DNA of 64,000 nt from Vulcanimicrobiota bacterium (GTDB taxonomy: Bacteria > Vulcanimicrobiota > Vulcanimicrobiia > Vulcanimicrobiales > Vulcanimicrobiaceae), in assembly GCA_963786105.1 (NCBI GenBank), contig CAWAXX010000024.1:1-64000 (forward strand), given 5' to 3'. Numbering within the stretch: the first letter of the stretch is position 1; every line of letters begins with the position of its first letter. The notes below the pieces were generated by a model. It did not search any database. It had not been told where the DNA came from and saw nothing but the letters and a program-made list of their open reading frames with translations. Positions 32,246 to 42,285 of the stretch are shown here, one piece after another. A program made the position numbers and the translations under genes.

Positions 32246-32995
32246 TTAACCGCCGCCCCGAGGCGGCTCATCGTACCACCGGTGCAGCACGAAAGCCGAG
32301 GACACGATTTGATAGTGATGCCGCACGATCGCCCGTTGGAGCGACAAGTTGGTGATCTTCGTCCAGATGATGACGTACCGGGCACCGCGCTCGACGCTCC
32401 ACCGGTGGAGCCAGTAACCCATGGCATACATTAGGCCTGACCCTTGGGCGTGCGGAGCGACGGCCGCTAAGAAGATTTCGGCCTCAAGTGGGGAGTTTTG
32501 CCGCATCACCGCAAAGGCGTCGATCGCGTCGCCCTTAGACGCCACAAACACGGCGGCGTCTTCGGCTTCGTTCGCACACAATCGCCTGGTCCAATCGGCG
32601 TAGGCTTCCGTCGAGTCTGCTCGACGCAGTCTGGGGTCGGAATGATAGTGGCCTTGATAGCGATCGAATGCCGAGGCGGCTACTCGCGCAATGCCGCCGG
32701 CATCCTCGCGCCGTGCCTCTCGTATGCCGGCGAGATTCTCCGGTAGCTCGACATGGTGTTGCCGCCGGTTATCTCTACGATAACAGACGAGACAATCCAT
32801 TAACCGCGCTCCGTCTTCTTCAAGCTGCTGCACGGCGTTGGTGGCCGTCGTCCGGCATCGCGCAATGAGCAAACCGACACCATGCGACCGGCAAAAGGCG
32901 TAGCTTGCCGCAACGTCGTCCAGGCTGCCGATGTCGGATCGGGCAGTTACGACGCCGAAGCGAGCCGTGTCCAGTTCAGACAAGTGTGCCGGCAT
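32246..32995 (-). CDS. GNAT N-acetyltransferase, WecD/RffC-like
   Basis: LDTARFG, HYHSDP, YADW, AVAPHAQGSG; adjacent to DegT aminotransferase. Confidence 0.75.
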   Translation of the reverse strand: MPAHLSELDTARFGVVTARSDIGSLDDVAASYAFCRSHGVGLLIARCRTTATNAVQQLEEDGARLMDCLVCYRRDNRRQHHVELPENLAGIREARREDAGGIARVAASAFDRYQGHYHSDPRLRRADSTEAYADWTRRLCANEAEDAAVFVASKGDAIDAFAVMRQNSPLEAEIFLAAVAPHAQGSGLMYAMGYWLHRWSVERGARYVIIWTKITNLSLQRAIVRHHYQIVSSAFVLHRWYDEPPRGGG

Positions 32996-32996
32996 G

Positions 32997-34193
32997 CTAA
33001 CGGCTGCCCGAAGCGGCGATGTCTCGCACCGTGTCGATCACATAGTGCACGTCGTCGTCGCTCATGCTGGGCTGTCCGGGAAGCGAGAGCACTTCATGTG
33101 AGACCGCCAGAGCGCTGGGAAACTGTTCGGGATGCCATCCATACGCGTCGCGATAATACGGATGAAGGTGTACCGCGGCGTAATGAACGCCGGCGCCGAC
33201 GTTTCGTTGGCGCAACATTGCGACGAAGTCGTCACGCGTTAGACCGTTGCGGCTGCGTTTTACTTTCACAATGTAGAGATGAAGTGCGTGTCGTGCGCCA
33301 TGCACGTTTGGCCGCGACAGCAGTTCGATCCCTTCTACGTCCGAGAGCCCGGCGTCGTACGCACGCGCAATCGCCTCGCGTCGCGCGAGGAAGTCTTCGA
33401 TACGATCGAGCTGCGCGAGCCCGAGCGCAGCATTGAGATCGGTCGAGTTGTACTTGAATCCGGGAAGGACTGCCAAGCTTGGTGTCAACTGCTTCGATGC
33501 GAAGCGATTCCAGGCGTCGGTGGGAAGACCGTGCAGCCGCAGCATCTTGAGGCGCTCGGCCACCTTCGCATCGTTGGTGACGATCATGCCTCCTTCCGCA
33601 GTGGTGATGTTTTTATTGGCGTAGAACGAAAAGACGACGAGATTCCCTGACGATCCAATCATGCCGCCTAAAGGCATGCGGCCCCCGATGGCGTGCGCGG
33701 CATCCTCGATGACCGCAACGCCGTCGCCTACGGCAGCGCGAACCCCGTCGAGGTCAAAGGCACGACCGCCAAAGTGAACGCCGATGACGGCCTTCGTGCG
33801 CGGCGTCACCGCTTTCGCCACGTGCTCTGGCGAAAGATTGAGCGTCGTCGCATCGATGTCGGCCAGCACGGGCGTCGCGCCGCAGTGTTCGATGACGTTG
33901 ACGGTTGCCACGAACGTCATCGGCGTCGTGATCACTTCGTCACCGGGTCCGATGCCCGATGCAACCAGCGACAGATGTAATCCCGCGGTCGCAGAGTTCA
34001 CGAAGACGCCGTGTTTCGCGCCCACGTATTCGGCGAGCTCGTTCTCAAAGCGCTCGCACAACGGTCCTTGGCCGATCCAACCCGACTCGAGAACCTTCAC
34101 GACCGCGTCGCGTTCGGCCGGTCCTAATGTCGGCGTTCCGAACGGCAAAAAATCCCGTCGTATTCGCGCGCCCGACGAGCGCTCAGACCCCAT
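32997..34193 (-). CDS. DegT/DnrJ/EryC1/StrS sugar aminotransferase
   Basis: SATAGLHL, EDAAHA, FSFYANKNITTAEGG, GFKYN. Confidence 0.95.
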   Translation of the reverse strand: MGSERSSGARIRRDFLPFGTPTLGPAERDAVVKVLESGWIGQGPLCERFENELAEYVGAKHGVFVNSATAGLHLSLVASGIGPGDEVITTPMTFVATVNVIEHCGATPVLADIDATTLNLSPEHVAKAVTPRTKAVIGVHFGGRAFDLDGVRAAVGDGVAVIEDAAHAIGGRMPLGGMIGSSGNLVVFSFYANKNITTAEGGMIVTNDAKVAERLKMLRLHGLPTDAWNRFASKQLTPSLAVLPGFKYNSTDLNAALGLAQLDRIEDFLARREAIARAYDAGLSDVEGIELLSRPNVHGARHALHLYIVKVKRSRNGLTRDDFVAMLRQRNVGAGVHYAAVHLHPYYRDAYGWHPEQFPSALAVSHEVLSLPGQPSMSDDDVHYVIDTVRDIAASGSR

Positions 34194-35097
34194 GGAGCGC
34201 GGCGACCGTCTTTCGCAAAATCTCGTTCGACCCCGAGAGGTCGGGGCGATCGAGAAAGGTTTGAAACGCTTCATCACTTTCCCAAACGTCCCGCCGCGAT
34301 CCGAGCACGTGCTCGCGGAGATAATGGATTATCCGCACGTCGGCCAGTTCAGACGCGTGCAACTCGTCGGCCCATACGTCGTTCGGGAAGTTGTATCGCA
34401 AATCGAGGGAAACGTGAGGGAGGTCTAGATCGTAGATTGCCAACGTTAGGGCGAGTTGGCTGCGAAAGCCCCAGTGAATCGGTGCATCCGCCGTTGCTAC
34501 GAGGCAGCGTTCGATGTGCGGTGCCAGCTTCGAGAAGAGGCTTCCCGGAAAGAAAACGACGCCGTAGTTGTAGTAGGCCGGTGCGAATCGATGGCTTGGG
34601 TTTTGCAGCATCCCGCCCCAGCCCGAGTGCTGGAACCGTGCCGCCGGTAATCGTCGTCCGACGGCTTCGAAGACGGTTTCCCAACTCTCGCCGGAACTAT
34701 CGCGCTCGAACGGCGGAACGTGAGCGATCACGCCCGCGATCGCCGGTTGTGCGACGAGCGCTTCGAGGACGTCGTCCACATTTTGAACCAGCATGGTATC
34801 CGCGTCGAGGAACAACACGACATCCGCCGCAGTGTCGTGCCTGTAGCGATCCAGCGCGGTGGCGTGGTACGAGTAACGGCGAAAGATGTCGCGATCGAGC
34901 CAATGCCAGTCAACGCGCTCTCGGCTCCAAGGGTTCAATACGGCTAGATCGTGCGGATCGCAGTCCTCGCCGACGGAAACCACAAAGCGCGCATCCGCCG
35001 CCAGCCCGCCGCGCGCGGCAAACGAGCGGCAAAGATACTCGACCTGTCGGAAAAAATGCCGCGTCGGACTGATCGGAATCCGAATCTCAATCTTCAT
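34183..35097 (-). CDS. Putative GT-A (GT8-like) glycosyltransferase
   Basis: LFLDADT (DxD), YYNYGVV, YNFP, IIHY; located in sugar locus. Confidence 0.6.
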   Translation of the reverse strand: MKIEIRIPISPTRHFFRQVEYLCRSFAARGGLAADARFVVSVGEDCDPHDLAVLNPWSRERVDWHWLDRDIFRRYSYHATALDRYRHDTAADVVLFLDADTMLVQNVDDVLEALVAQPAIAGVIAHVPPFERDSSGESWETVFEAVGRRLPAARFQHSGWGGMLQNPSHRFAPAYYNYGVVFFPGSLFSKLAPHIERCLVATADAPIHWGFRSQLALTLAIYDLDLPHVSLDLRYNFPNDVWADELHASELADVRIIHYLREHVLGSRRDVWESDEAFQTFLDRPDLSGSNEILRKTVAALHGV

Positions 35098-35170
35098 TCG
35101 GTTCTCGAAGAGCGATCTTTCGGGCTGAGCGCAGGTTCGGTTGAAGATTCGACAAAAAGAAAACCTTGGA

Positions 35171-36352
35171 GTGGCGAGCCAGTTAGACCTCCGAAAACAC
35201 CGACTCAATTCGGCCCTTGGCGAGGTCTGTCGGCCGCTTCTTCCCACTGCGGAGCGTCTGCTCCCCTATCTCAAGTCGATCGATCGGCGACGTTGGTATT
35301 CGAATTGGGGTGAGTTGAATACCACGCTCGAGAGCAGGCTGAGCGCGGAATTTGGGCTGGTGGAATATGGTTGCGTGACGACGAGCAACGCGACCGACGC
35401 CATCACGGCCGCATTGATCGCCGTGGCCGGTCGCGGATCGAGCGATCGTCCGTACTGCCTGATGCCTTCGTATACGTTCGTTGCGACTGCATCGGCGGCG
35501 CTCAACGCCGGATATACGCCGTACTTCGTCGACATAGAACCGAACGGATTCGCCACGAAACCGGCGGCGCTCATGGAGCATCCGGCGATGCAGCGAGCCG
35601 GCGCGATCGTCGCCGTTGCACCGTATGGCCGTCCGATCGATGCAACGGCGTGGCAGAACCTGGCGCAGCAGACCGGAGTGCCGCTCGTCATCGACGCTGC
35701 GGCCGGCTTCGATGCGTTCGCTTCAGGAACGGCGACCGTCGCGCGAAATATTCCAGTCGTCCTCAGCTTCCACGCCACGAAGGTCTTTGGCGTGGGTGAG
35801 GGCGGTGCGATCCTGTGCGGCGATTTGGAACTCTCGAAAACCTGCCGGCGAGTTCTCAACTTTGGTCTCCTCGGCAGTCGCGACGCACGCGTGGCCGGGA
35901 TCAACGGGAAAATGAGCGAGTATCACGCCGCGGTTGGGCTGGCCGAACTCGATGAGTGGCCGTCTAAACGATCCGCATTCCTGCGCGTTGCGCAAACATA
36001 TCGGCGCGCAGCAGAGCGGTACGGCCTTCGCGACAGCATCCTCGCGGAGACCGAGTGGGCCTCCAGTTACGTACTCTACTTAGCGGGCTCGCCGGATGTT
36101 GCCAGATCGGCCGCCGGCCGCCTTCAGGCCGCAGGCCTCGGTTACCGTTGGTGGTACGGGCAAGGAGTTCATCGCGAACCCGGCTACGCGCATCTGCCCG
36201 CCGATCCGCTGCCGGTCACTGAAGATGTAGCTCCTCGGCTCATCGGCCTGCCGATCTGGGTCGACCTCGATGATGCGACGGTGACGAGCGTATTGCGAGC
36301 GCTCTCAGGAAATGCTGAACCCTCTAAAACTCAGACGCCCCGCAATCGATGA
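35171..36352 (+). CDS. Second DegT-family sugar aminotransferase
   Basis: WYSNWG, PSYTFVAT, IDAAA, SFHATKVFGVGEGG, NGKMSEYHAA. Confidence 0.92.
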   Translation: MASQLDLRKHRLNSALGEVCRPLLPTAERLLPYLKSIDRRRWYSNWGELNTTLESRLSAEFGLVEYGCVTTSNATDAITAALIAVAGRGSSDRPYCLMPSYTFVATASAALNAGYTPYFVDIEPNGFATKPAALMEHPAMQRAGAIVAVAPYGRPIDATAWQNLAQQTGVPLVIDAAAGFDAFASGTATVARNIPVVLSFHATKVFGVGEGGAILCGDLELSKTCRRVLNFGLLGSRDARVAGINGKMSEYHAAVGLAELDEWPSKRSAFLRVAQTYRRAAERYGLRDSILAETEWASSYVLYLAGSPDVARSAAGRLQAAGLGYRWWYGQGVHREPGYAHLPADPLPVTEDVAPRLIGLPIWVDLDDATVTSVLRALSGNAEPSKTQTPRNR

Positions 36353-36981
36353 CTCGGCGCCTTCAAGGTTATGCTCGGCGACCCGACCACGACCGTATTC
36401 GGAGGAAGGTTGCGGGTGATGTAGGCTCTGCGGGCAATTACACAGGCTTCGCCTATCGAAACGCCGTCTATCACGTCGGAAGAACTCACGAAACACCGGG
36501 GTCCTAACGTCGTGTTCCCCATGAAGATGGCCGAGGTCAGGAAGCAATGATCTCCGATGCGTGAATGGTGACCGACGACGGCGCCCCAGATCATGACGTT
36601 ATCGCCTATTTCCGTGAACGGGTGTATGTAGGTGGATTCCAAGATAAGACAGTTTTCGCCGACGGGGGTCCCGTAGTAAGACGCCGTCGGATGGATGAAG
36701 CTGATGAACCGATAGCCGCGCGCGCGGCCGTTCTCAAAGCGTTGCTGGCGCACCGTGTTGAGCTTCACATAACTGATCGGCGCAAAAAGCCGGACGCGGT
36801 CGGGCGGGAAATCCTTTTCGAGATCCTCCCACGCCACGAGCGGGCAGTCCTCGAAGGTGTTCGCGGTTAACCGATCGGCGTCGACGGTGAAGCCCACAAC
36901 GCGATGCTGGCCGGACCACTCCAGGTAGAATTTCATCAGCTGAGCGGTGCTGCCGGCCCCAAAAATTACGACGTCAGCCAT
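36331..36981 (-). CDS. Hexapeptide-repeat sugar acetyltransferase (NeuD/PglD-like)
   Basis: VVIFGAG N-domain, SFIHPTA, VGENC..IGDNV..GHHSRIGDHC, VVVGSP. Confidence 0.88.
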   Translation of the reverse strand: MADVVIFGAGSTAQLMKFYLEWSGQHRVVGFTVDADRLTANTFEDCPLVAWEDLEKDFPPDRVRLFAPISYVKLNTVRQQRFENGRARGYRFISFIHPTASYYGTPVGENCLILESTYIHPFTEIGDNVMIWGAVVGHHSRIGDHCFLTSAIFMGNTTLGPRCFVSSSDVIDGVSIGEACVIARRAYITRNLPPNTVVVGSPSITLKAPSHRLRGV

Positions 36982-37528
36982 GGTCGCCGACCCACCAGCG
37001 CCGGGTTCCCGAATCCAAATGGACGTGGGTGTCGTAGTAACCGATGCCGCCGGCAAGCCCCCGCGACCAGCAGGCGTCGAAAAGATCTTTCATCGACACG
37101 CCGGAGACGTACATGTCGACCGCCTTGGCGTAGAGGTGTTGGCTATTGCGGGCGGAGCCTTCGGTGCCGGCGTTGGTCAGCGGCGAGCGGTAGCCGCTGG
37201 TGATGACGATCGGGCCGCCGATGCCGTGCAACGCGAGCGCGTGCTGCACTTCCCACAGCACCTCGATCGCCACGATGTCGAAACGAACGTAGCCCTGCAC
37301 GAACGGAACGTCGTGGTCGCGCATCAGCCAGCAAACCTCGCGATAGCCGGGTTCGTAAACGGTACGGCCGTCGATCGAGAACGGCGCTCGAACCTCTTCG
37401 TTGTAGCCTTCGCGCCGAAGCCACAGCACGCGCTTGCGATCGGAGGGCGCGGCTGCGCGTACGGCCGCCGGCGACATGCCTGCCAGCGCCGCGGCGGTGA
37501 GCGTCGTCAGGAAATCAGGTCGCCGCAT
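36974..37528 (-). CDS. YcbK/DUF882 (MepK-like) M15 metallopeptidase, Tat signal
   Basis: MRRPDFL twin-Arg signal; ITSGYRSP.TN; SQHL..KAVD; GIGYY..HVHLD.G. Confidence 0.88.
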   Translation of the reverse strand: MRRPDFLTTLTAAALAGMSPAAVRAAAPSDRKRVLWLRREGYNEEVRAPFSIDGRTVYEPGYREVCWLMRDHDVPFVQGYVRFDIVAIEVLWEVQHALALHGIGGPIVITSGYRSPLTNAGTEGSARNSQHLYAKAVDMYVSGVSMKDLFDACWSRGLAGGIGYYDTHVHLDSGTRRWWVGDHG

Positions 37529-39525
37529 GAAAGCTCTCGGTTTTCGTGGGCGGCCGCCGATGGCGAATGTCTCCCAGCGTCTTGCGGACGACGTCTGGCC
37601 AGCGCGAGCGTTCTCTCTCCCAAGCCTGCACGCGCGCAAAGATCGCTCGGCGCCGCGACATCCATACCTCAGAATCGGTCGCGAGGGCGATGATTCGATT
37701 CGCAAATTCGCGTGGATCGTCCGAAATGTCGATCTCGACGCCGTCGAGTAGTCCCATGCCTTCAGCTCCGACGGTCGTAGCCACGACCGGCACGCCGTAT
37801 TGGAGCGCTTCCATGGTCTTGTTCTTGACGCCGGCGCCCATACGAATCGGCGCGATGGCGATGAGGGCGGAATTATACAAATCCTTAATCGATCGGACGA
37901 ACCCGGTAAGGATCACGGTTTCGTCGGCTAGCTGCATGACCGGCAGCGGTGGATTCTTTCCACTTACCAAGGTGCGAAACTCGGGAATCGCCTCCCGAAC
38001 GTGCGGGAGCACGTGCCGGCAGTACCAGCGCAGCGCGTCGACGTTGGGCGATTGGTCTCCGCCAAGCCAGCCGGCAACGAACACGGCATCCGCGCGGACG
38101 GTCGGCGTCGGAGATCCCATCTCGATTCCGCTTAGCAGTGGAACCATGAGCTCGACCGGAGCGTGGCTCGGAATGGCTTCGAGCCAATCGCGTTCCTCGT
38201 TTGAAATCGCCACAACCACGTCGACCGACGATGCGATGCTACGTTCGAGGCGTTCCATCCCCGCTGCCTCGGCTTCGCGCGTCCGGCGTCGCTCTTGGTC
38301 TTCTTCGAGCCGTGCTTGGATCCACAGCCGCTTGTGATATAGCGCCTCGGCGTCGTAGATGAGCTTCGCGTTTGGGAGTGCGGCCCGCACCGGCCTCAAG
38401 AAGGTGTCGGCATTGTGCGGTCGCGAGATAACGACCGCGTCGTACGTATTCTCGGGACGCGCGAGGTGTTCGTCGAGCGCTCCTTCGATGACGTCGACTC
38501 CGAGATGCGATAACGAGTTCTCGGTTGGCGGATCGCTCCGGTCGCTGGCATACACCGAGACCGCCAATCCGGCGTCGCTAAGCTCGGCAAAGAGTTCTTG
38601 CGCGCGCACGAATCCGGATCCGAGGCCGCCGTGGCCTTTTCCGGGATCCGGCAGGCGATCGTCGATCACGAGAACGCGCGGCGGATCGCCGCGCCGGCGC
38701 AAAACTGCGTTGGTTACGGCCACCGGCGACTCGGGCTCTGGGCGTGCGTACTCTGGAAGAACGTCGCCCCATTTTTCGCACAGCAGTGCCTGGTTTCTCC
38801 GGAAGAGAAACGATCGGAAGGAGTTGTCCTGGGTGCTCGCAGCTTCGACGTGTTTGATCACGGCTCGCGGTTCGTACATGACTTCCCGCTCGAGCCGATG
38901 TCGTATGCCGAGACAGAGGTCCGTATCTTCGTAATACGCGGGAAAGTAGCGCGCGTCGAATCCGCCCAAGGCCTCAAAGTCGTCGCGCCGCATCAGGAGT
39001 CCGTTTGCCGAAATGTAATCCACCGGGCGCAGGTACGAGTACGCCAGCGAGCCCGGCGGTGCTCCGCGGCCTAACGGGCGCGTCGATCCATCGGACCAGA
39101 TGATGCCGCCGGCTTCCTGCAAAGAGCCGTCGACGAAGAGTATACGGGACCCGACGGCACCGGCGCGAGGATACGTCGTCGCGGTGCGCAGCAGCGCCTC
39201 GAGCCACCCCGGTTCGACGACGGCATCGTCGTTCAAGAAAACCAGGTACTCGCCGGCGGCCTTGCCGGCCGCAAAGTTATTGCCGCCGCCAAAGCCCAGA
39301 TTGAGGCCAAGCCGGTAGGGCGCGAACGCCGGTGACGCTTTTCAGGAACGTCTGCGCGCCGGTGGGCTCGGTGCCGTTGAAGACGAGGATCACTTCGTAT
39401 GGCGTTTGGGTCGCGTCGATGGTGCGTTCGAGCGACGACAGACAGCTGCCCAAATGTTCGAGCTGGTCTTGCGTTAAGATGATTATCGAGACGCCGGGCC
39501 GCTCTGCCCGCGCAAGCGTGATCAT
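37515..39525 (-). CDS. Bifunctional GT2 + GT4-like glycosyltransferase (frameshift near 39315)
   Basis: VSIII, NLGFGGGNN, YLVFLNDD, LQEAGGII, PAYYEDTD; C-terminal PNVDA, APIRMGAGVKNKTMEA. Confidence 0.88.
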
Positions 39526-39684
39526 CGGGGGTGAAGGCTCCTTGGTTGGGCACTGATCGGAGGCCCGAAGGTGTTTTTCGCGGCCCTCCGATGCATTCCC
39601 CGAAGGCCCGCGGCGGTTGCGCCCGAAGTCTCTTCGACCTCGAGCCGTTTGGGCTTCGTGATGCGCAGGGAGTCAGGAAGTAAG

Positions 39685-42276
39685 ATGCAATCTCGCACGC
39701 TCAAACCACGAAAGAATTATCCCAAACACGCCGAGCTCGCGTCTTCGCCCCCCGATCCGAATACCAGCATCGCGCATATGCTCGAGATGATCGGCGAACG
39801 CAAGAAAGTGCTCGACGTCGGATGCGCCAGCGGTTATCTCTCGAGCCTGCTGGTAAAGCGTGAGTGCGACGTGGTCGGCGTCGACATCAACCCGATCGCC
39901 GCAGAAGAGGCGCGAAAGTTTTGCACCAGCGTCGTCGTGGCGGATCTCGACGAGGTCGTTCTCCCCGAACTCCTCGAAGGCAGGCAGTTCGAAGCAATCG
40001 TCTTTGGAGACGTGCTCGAGCATCTTCACGAACCCGCGCGGACGCTCGACGAATCGCGCGAGCTCCTCGGAGAACGCGGTTACGTCGTCGCGTCGATCCC
40101 GAACGTGTCGCATGGAGCCATCCGCCTCGCGCTGCTCTCAGGGCGTTTTGACTATCAGGAGTTGGGGATTCTCGACGACGCGCACCTGCGATTCTTCACG
40201 GCCAAGACGATCGACGAACTGTTCCTGACGGCGGGTTACCGCATCGACGTCATCCAGCGCGTGACGCTGCCGATCTTTGCAGAATCCGAGCTGGTGCCGG
40301 CGCTCGATCCACGCGATTTCGACGAGGCGACGGTTGCCGAGGTTCGATCGGACCCCGAGAGCGAGACGCTGCAATTCGTCGTGAAGGCGTTCCCACTTTC
40401 GAACGATCAGCGTTTGCGCACGGTGTCCAAGCGATTTCTCGCGGCAAATACGGAACTCACGGCGACAAAACAGCAAATCGCGCATCGCGAAAACGAGTTA
40501 CAGGCTCTCCGGTCGACGATGGAGTCACAGGATGCCGTGATTCTCGACCTGCGCGAACAAGCCGACCGTGCATCGAACGAACTCGACTCAACCAAAAAGG
40601 AATTGAGACGTCTTGACGACGCCTACCGTTCGCTCGAAGTAGATAGCCTGGCTAAGCAGAACGCGGCGATGGAACGAATCCTTGCCGTGCAGACCGAGCG
40701 TTCGCAGTTGGAGATGCAGAACGGTGCGGTAGACCTGCATGCTGCGGAGTCGCTCGAGCAACTCGAAAGTGAAATCCGAATGCTTCGCGAGCAACTCGAG
40801 GCCGAGCAGAATCGCGCCGAAGAACTAAAACGCGAGTTCGTCGAGGCGGTAGCTACGCGGGACGACGCGCAACAGCGGCTCGAACAGGAAAGCCGGCGGG
40901 CCGCGATTCGCGAGCTCCGGCTGGCCGACGCCGTCGCGAGTCAGAACGAGGCGCGGCTTCAACTGGAGAGCGAGCGCGCCGAAGCGGCGAATTTGCAGCG
41001 CTCGCTAGCGGAAGCCGAATTGCTCGGGGCGACCGTGGAAACGCTCAAGGGCGATGTCGCTTCGTTGGTCCGGGACAACGCGCAGCTCGAGGAACGGTTC
41101 CAGTTGGAGCTCGGCGAGAAGGCCCAACTCGAGAGTGCGGTTCAAGCCGAGCGCAATCGCGCAGCCGACTTGCAAGCGCTAGCCGACTCACTCCAGATCA
41201 GCGTGGAGGCCTTGCGCATCGAGGTGACCGCGCTTACGCAAGGCAAGGTGCAGATCGAGGGGCTGCTTCACGGAGAAATCGGCGACAAGGCTCGGCTCGA
41301 GGAGGCGCTTCGGGCAGAGCACGGCCGCGCCGGGGATCTGCAAATGCAAGTGCAAGCGTTGCAGTCCTCCGTCGAGTCGCTGGAATCCGAAGTCGCCGCG
41401 GTTTTCGTCGACCTCGAGAGATCCGAGACGCTGCTGCAGCAGACGGAGCGCATGTATTCCGACAAGATTGCCGAGACCATCGACACGGCTCGAACTGCGC
41501 TCGAAACGGAACGTAGCGTCGCCGAAGCTCGGCATCGTGAGGATGCGGCGAGCGTGTCGGAGCTCGAAGAGCAGCTCGAAGCGATACGAAAGGCGGCGAT
41601 TGCGGATAAGCTCGTGATGCGCGCGTACGCCAATGAGTTTCAACAGAGAGCGGAAAAAGCCGAGACCGAATTTGCTAAAGCGATCCGCCAGCGAGACGAT
41701 CTGTATCTCAGGGTTCTCGAGACCGAGCGAACGGTTCGAGATTCAACCGAGCAATCGGCCCGTCTGCAAGCGGAAATCGGTAGGCTCGAAGAAACCATTG
41801 GTCGGGAACGAGGCCACGCAACGTCTTTGGAGGCGGAGCTGAGAGGCCTCGAGGTTGCCGTTCGCGAGGAGCAATCGCGAACCCAAATTGCTGAGGGGAT
41901 CATACGCGAGCTGCGCGCTCGCGCAAGATCGTTAGAAAACGACGTTGCCCACCAGCAGGCGGCGTTGCAGCATCTTCGAGAGAGCGCGGAGCGCGATAGC
42001 GCCAGAGCGGACTCGGCCGCAGGCGAGCTTGCCTCACTGACCGTCCGGTACGAGATTCTGCAAGCAAACCTCGCGGAGATGGACAATCGGCTGGCCGCAC
42101 AAACGGAGGAACTCCTCGTTAGCACCAGTGCGGAAAGCGCGAGGCTCGCAACGCTGATCGACACGGCCCAGTCGAGCCATTTCTGGAAACTCAAGAATTG
42201 GCTGGTCAGGCTTCGCGTACGCGCGTTTGGCGCAGCACTTCCGCCCGAGCGCGTCCGCGTCAAGAGCCGTCCGTAA
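39685..42276 (+). CDS. Class I SAM methyltransferase fused to a very long coiled coil and C-terminal amphipathic helix (paralog A, 863 aa)
   Basis: VLDVGCASG, GDVLEHL, SIPNVSH, GILD..HLRFFT; about 590 aa E/A/L/R/Q heptad region; tail SSHFWKLKNWL. Confidence 0.88.
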   Translation: MQSRTLKPRKNYPKHAELASSPPDPNTSIAHMLEMIGERKKVLDVGCASGYLSSLLVKRECDVVGVDINPIAAEEARKFCTSVVVADLDEVVLPELLEGRQFEAIVFGDVLEHLHEPARTLDESRELLGERGYVVASIPNVSHGAIRLALLSGRFDYQELGILDDAHLRFFTAKTIDELFLTAGYRIDVIQRVTLPIFAESELVPALDPRDFDEATVAEVRSDPESETLQFVVKAFPLSNDQRLRTVSKRFLAANTELTATKQQIAHRENELQALRSTMESQDAVILDLREQADRASNELDSTKKELRRLDDAYRSLEVDSLAKQNAAMERILAVQTERSQLEMQNGAVDLHAAESLEQLESEIRMLREQLEAEQNRAEELKREFVEAVATRDDAQQRLEQESRRAAIRELRLADAVASQNEARLQLESERAEAANLQRSLAEAELLGATVETLKGDVASLVRDNAQLEERFQLELGEKAQLESAVQAERNRAADLQALADSLQISVEALRIEVTALTQGKVQIEGLLHGEIGDKARLEEALRAEHGRAGDLQMQVQALQSSVESLESEVAAVFVDLERSETLLQQTERMYSDKIAETIDTARTALETERSVAEARHREDAASVSELEEQLEAIRKAAIADKLVMRAYANEFQQRAEKAETEFAKAIRQRDDLYLRVLETERTVRDSTEQSARLQAEIGRLEETIGRERGHATSLEAELRGLEVAVREEQSRTQIAEGIIRELRARARSLENDVAHQQAALQHLRESAERDSARADSAAGELASLTVRYEILQANLAEMDNRLAAQTEELLVSTSAESARLATLIDTAQSSHFWKLKNWLVRLRVRAFGAALPPERVRVKSRP

Positions 42277-42285
42277 GAGGGCGCG

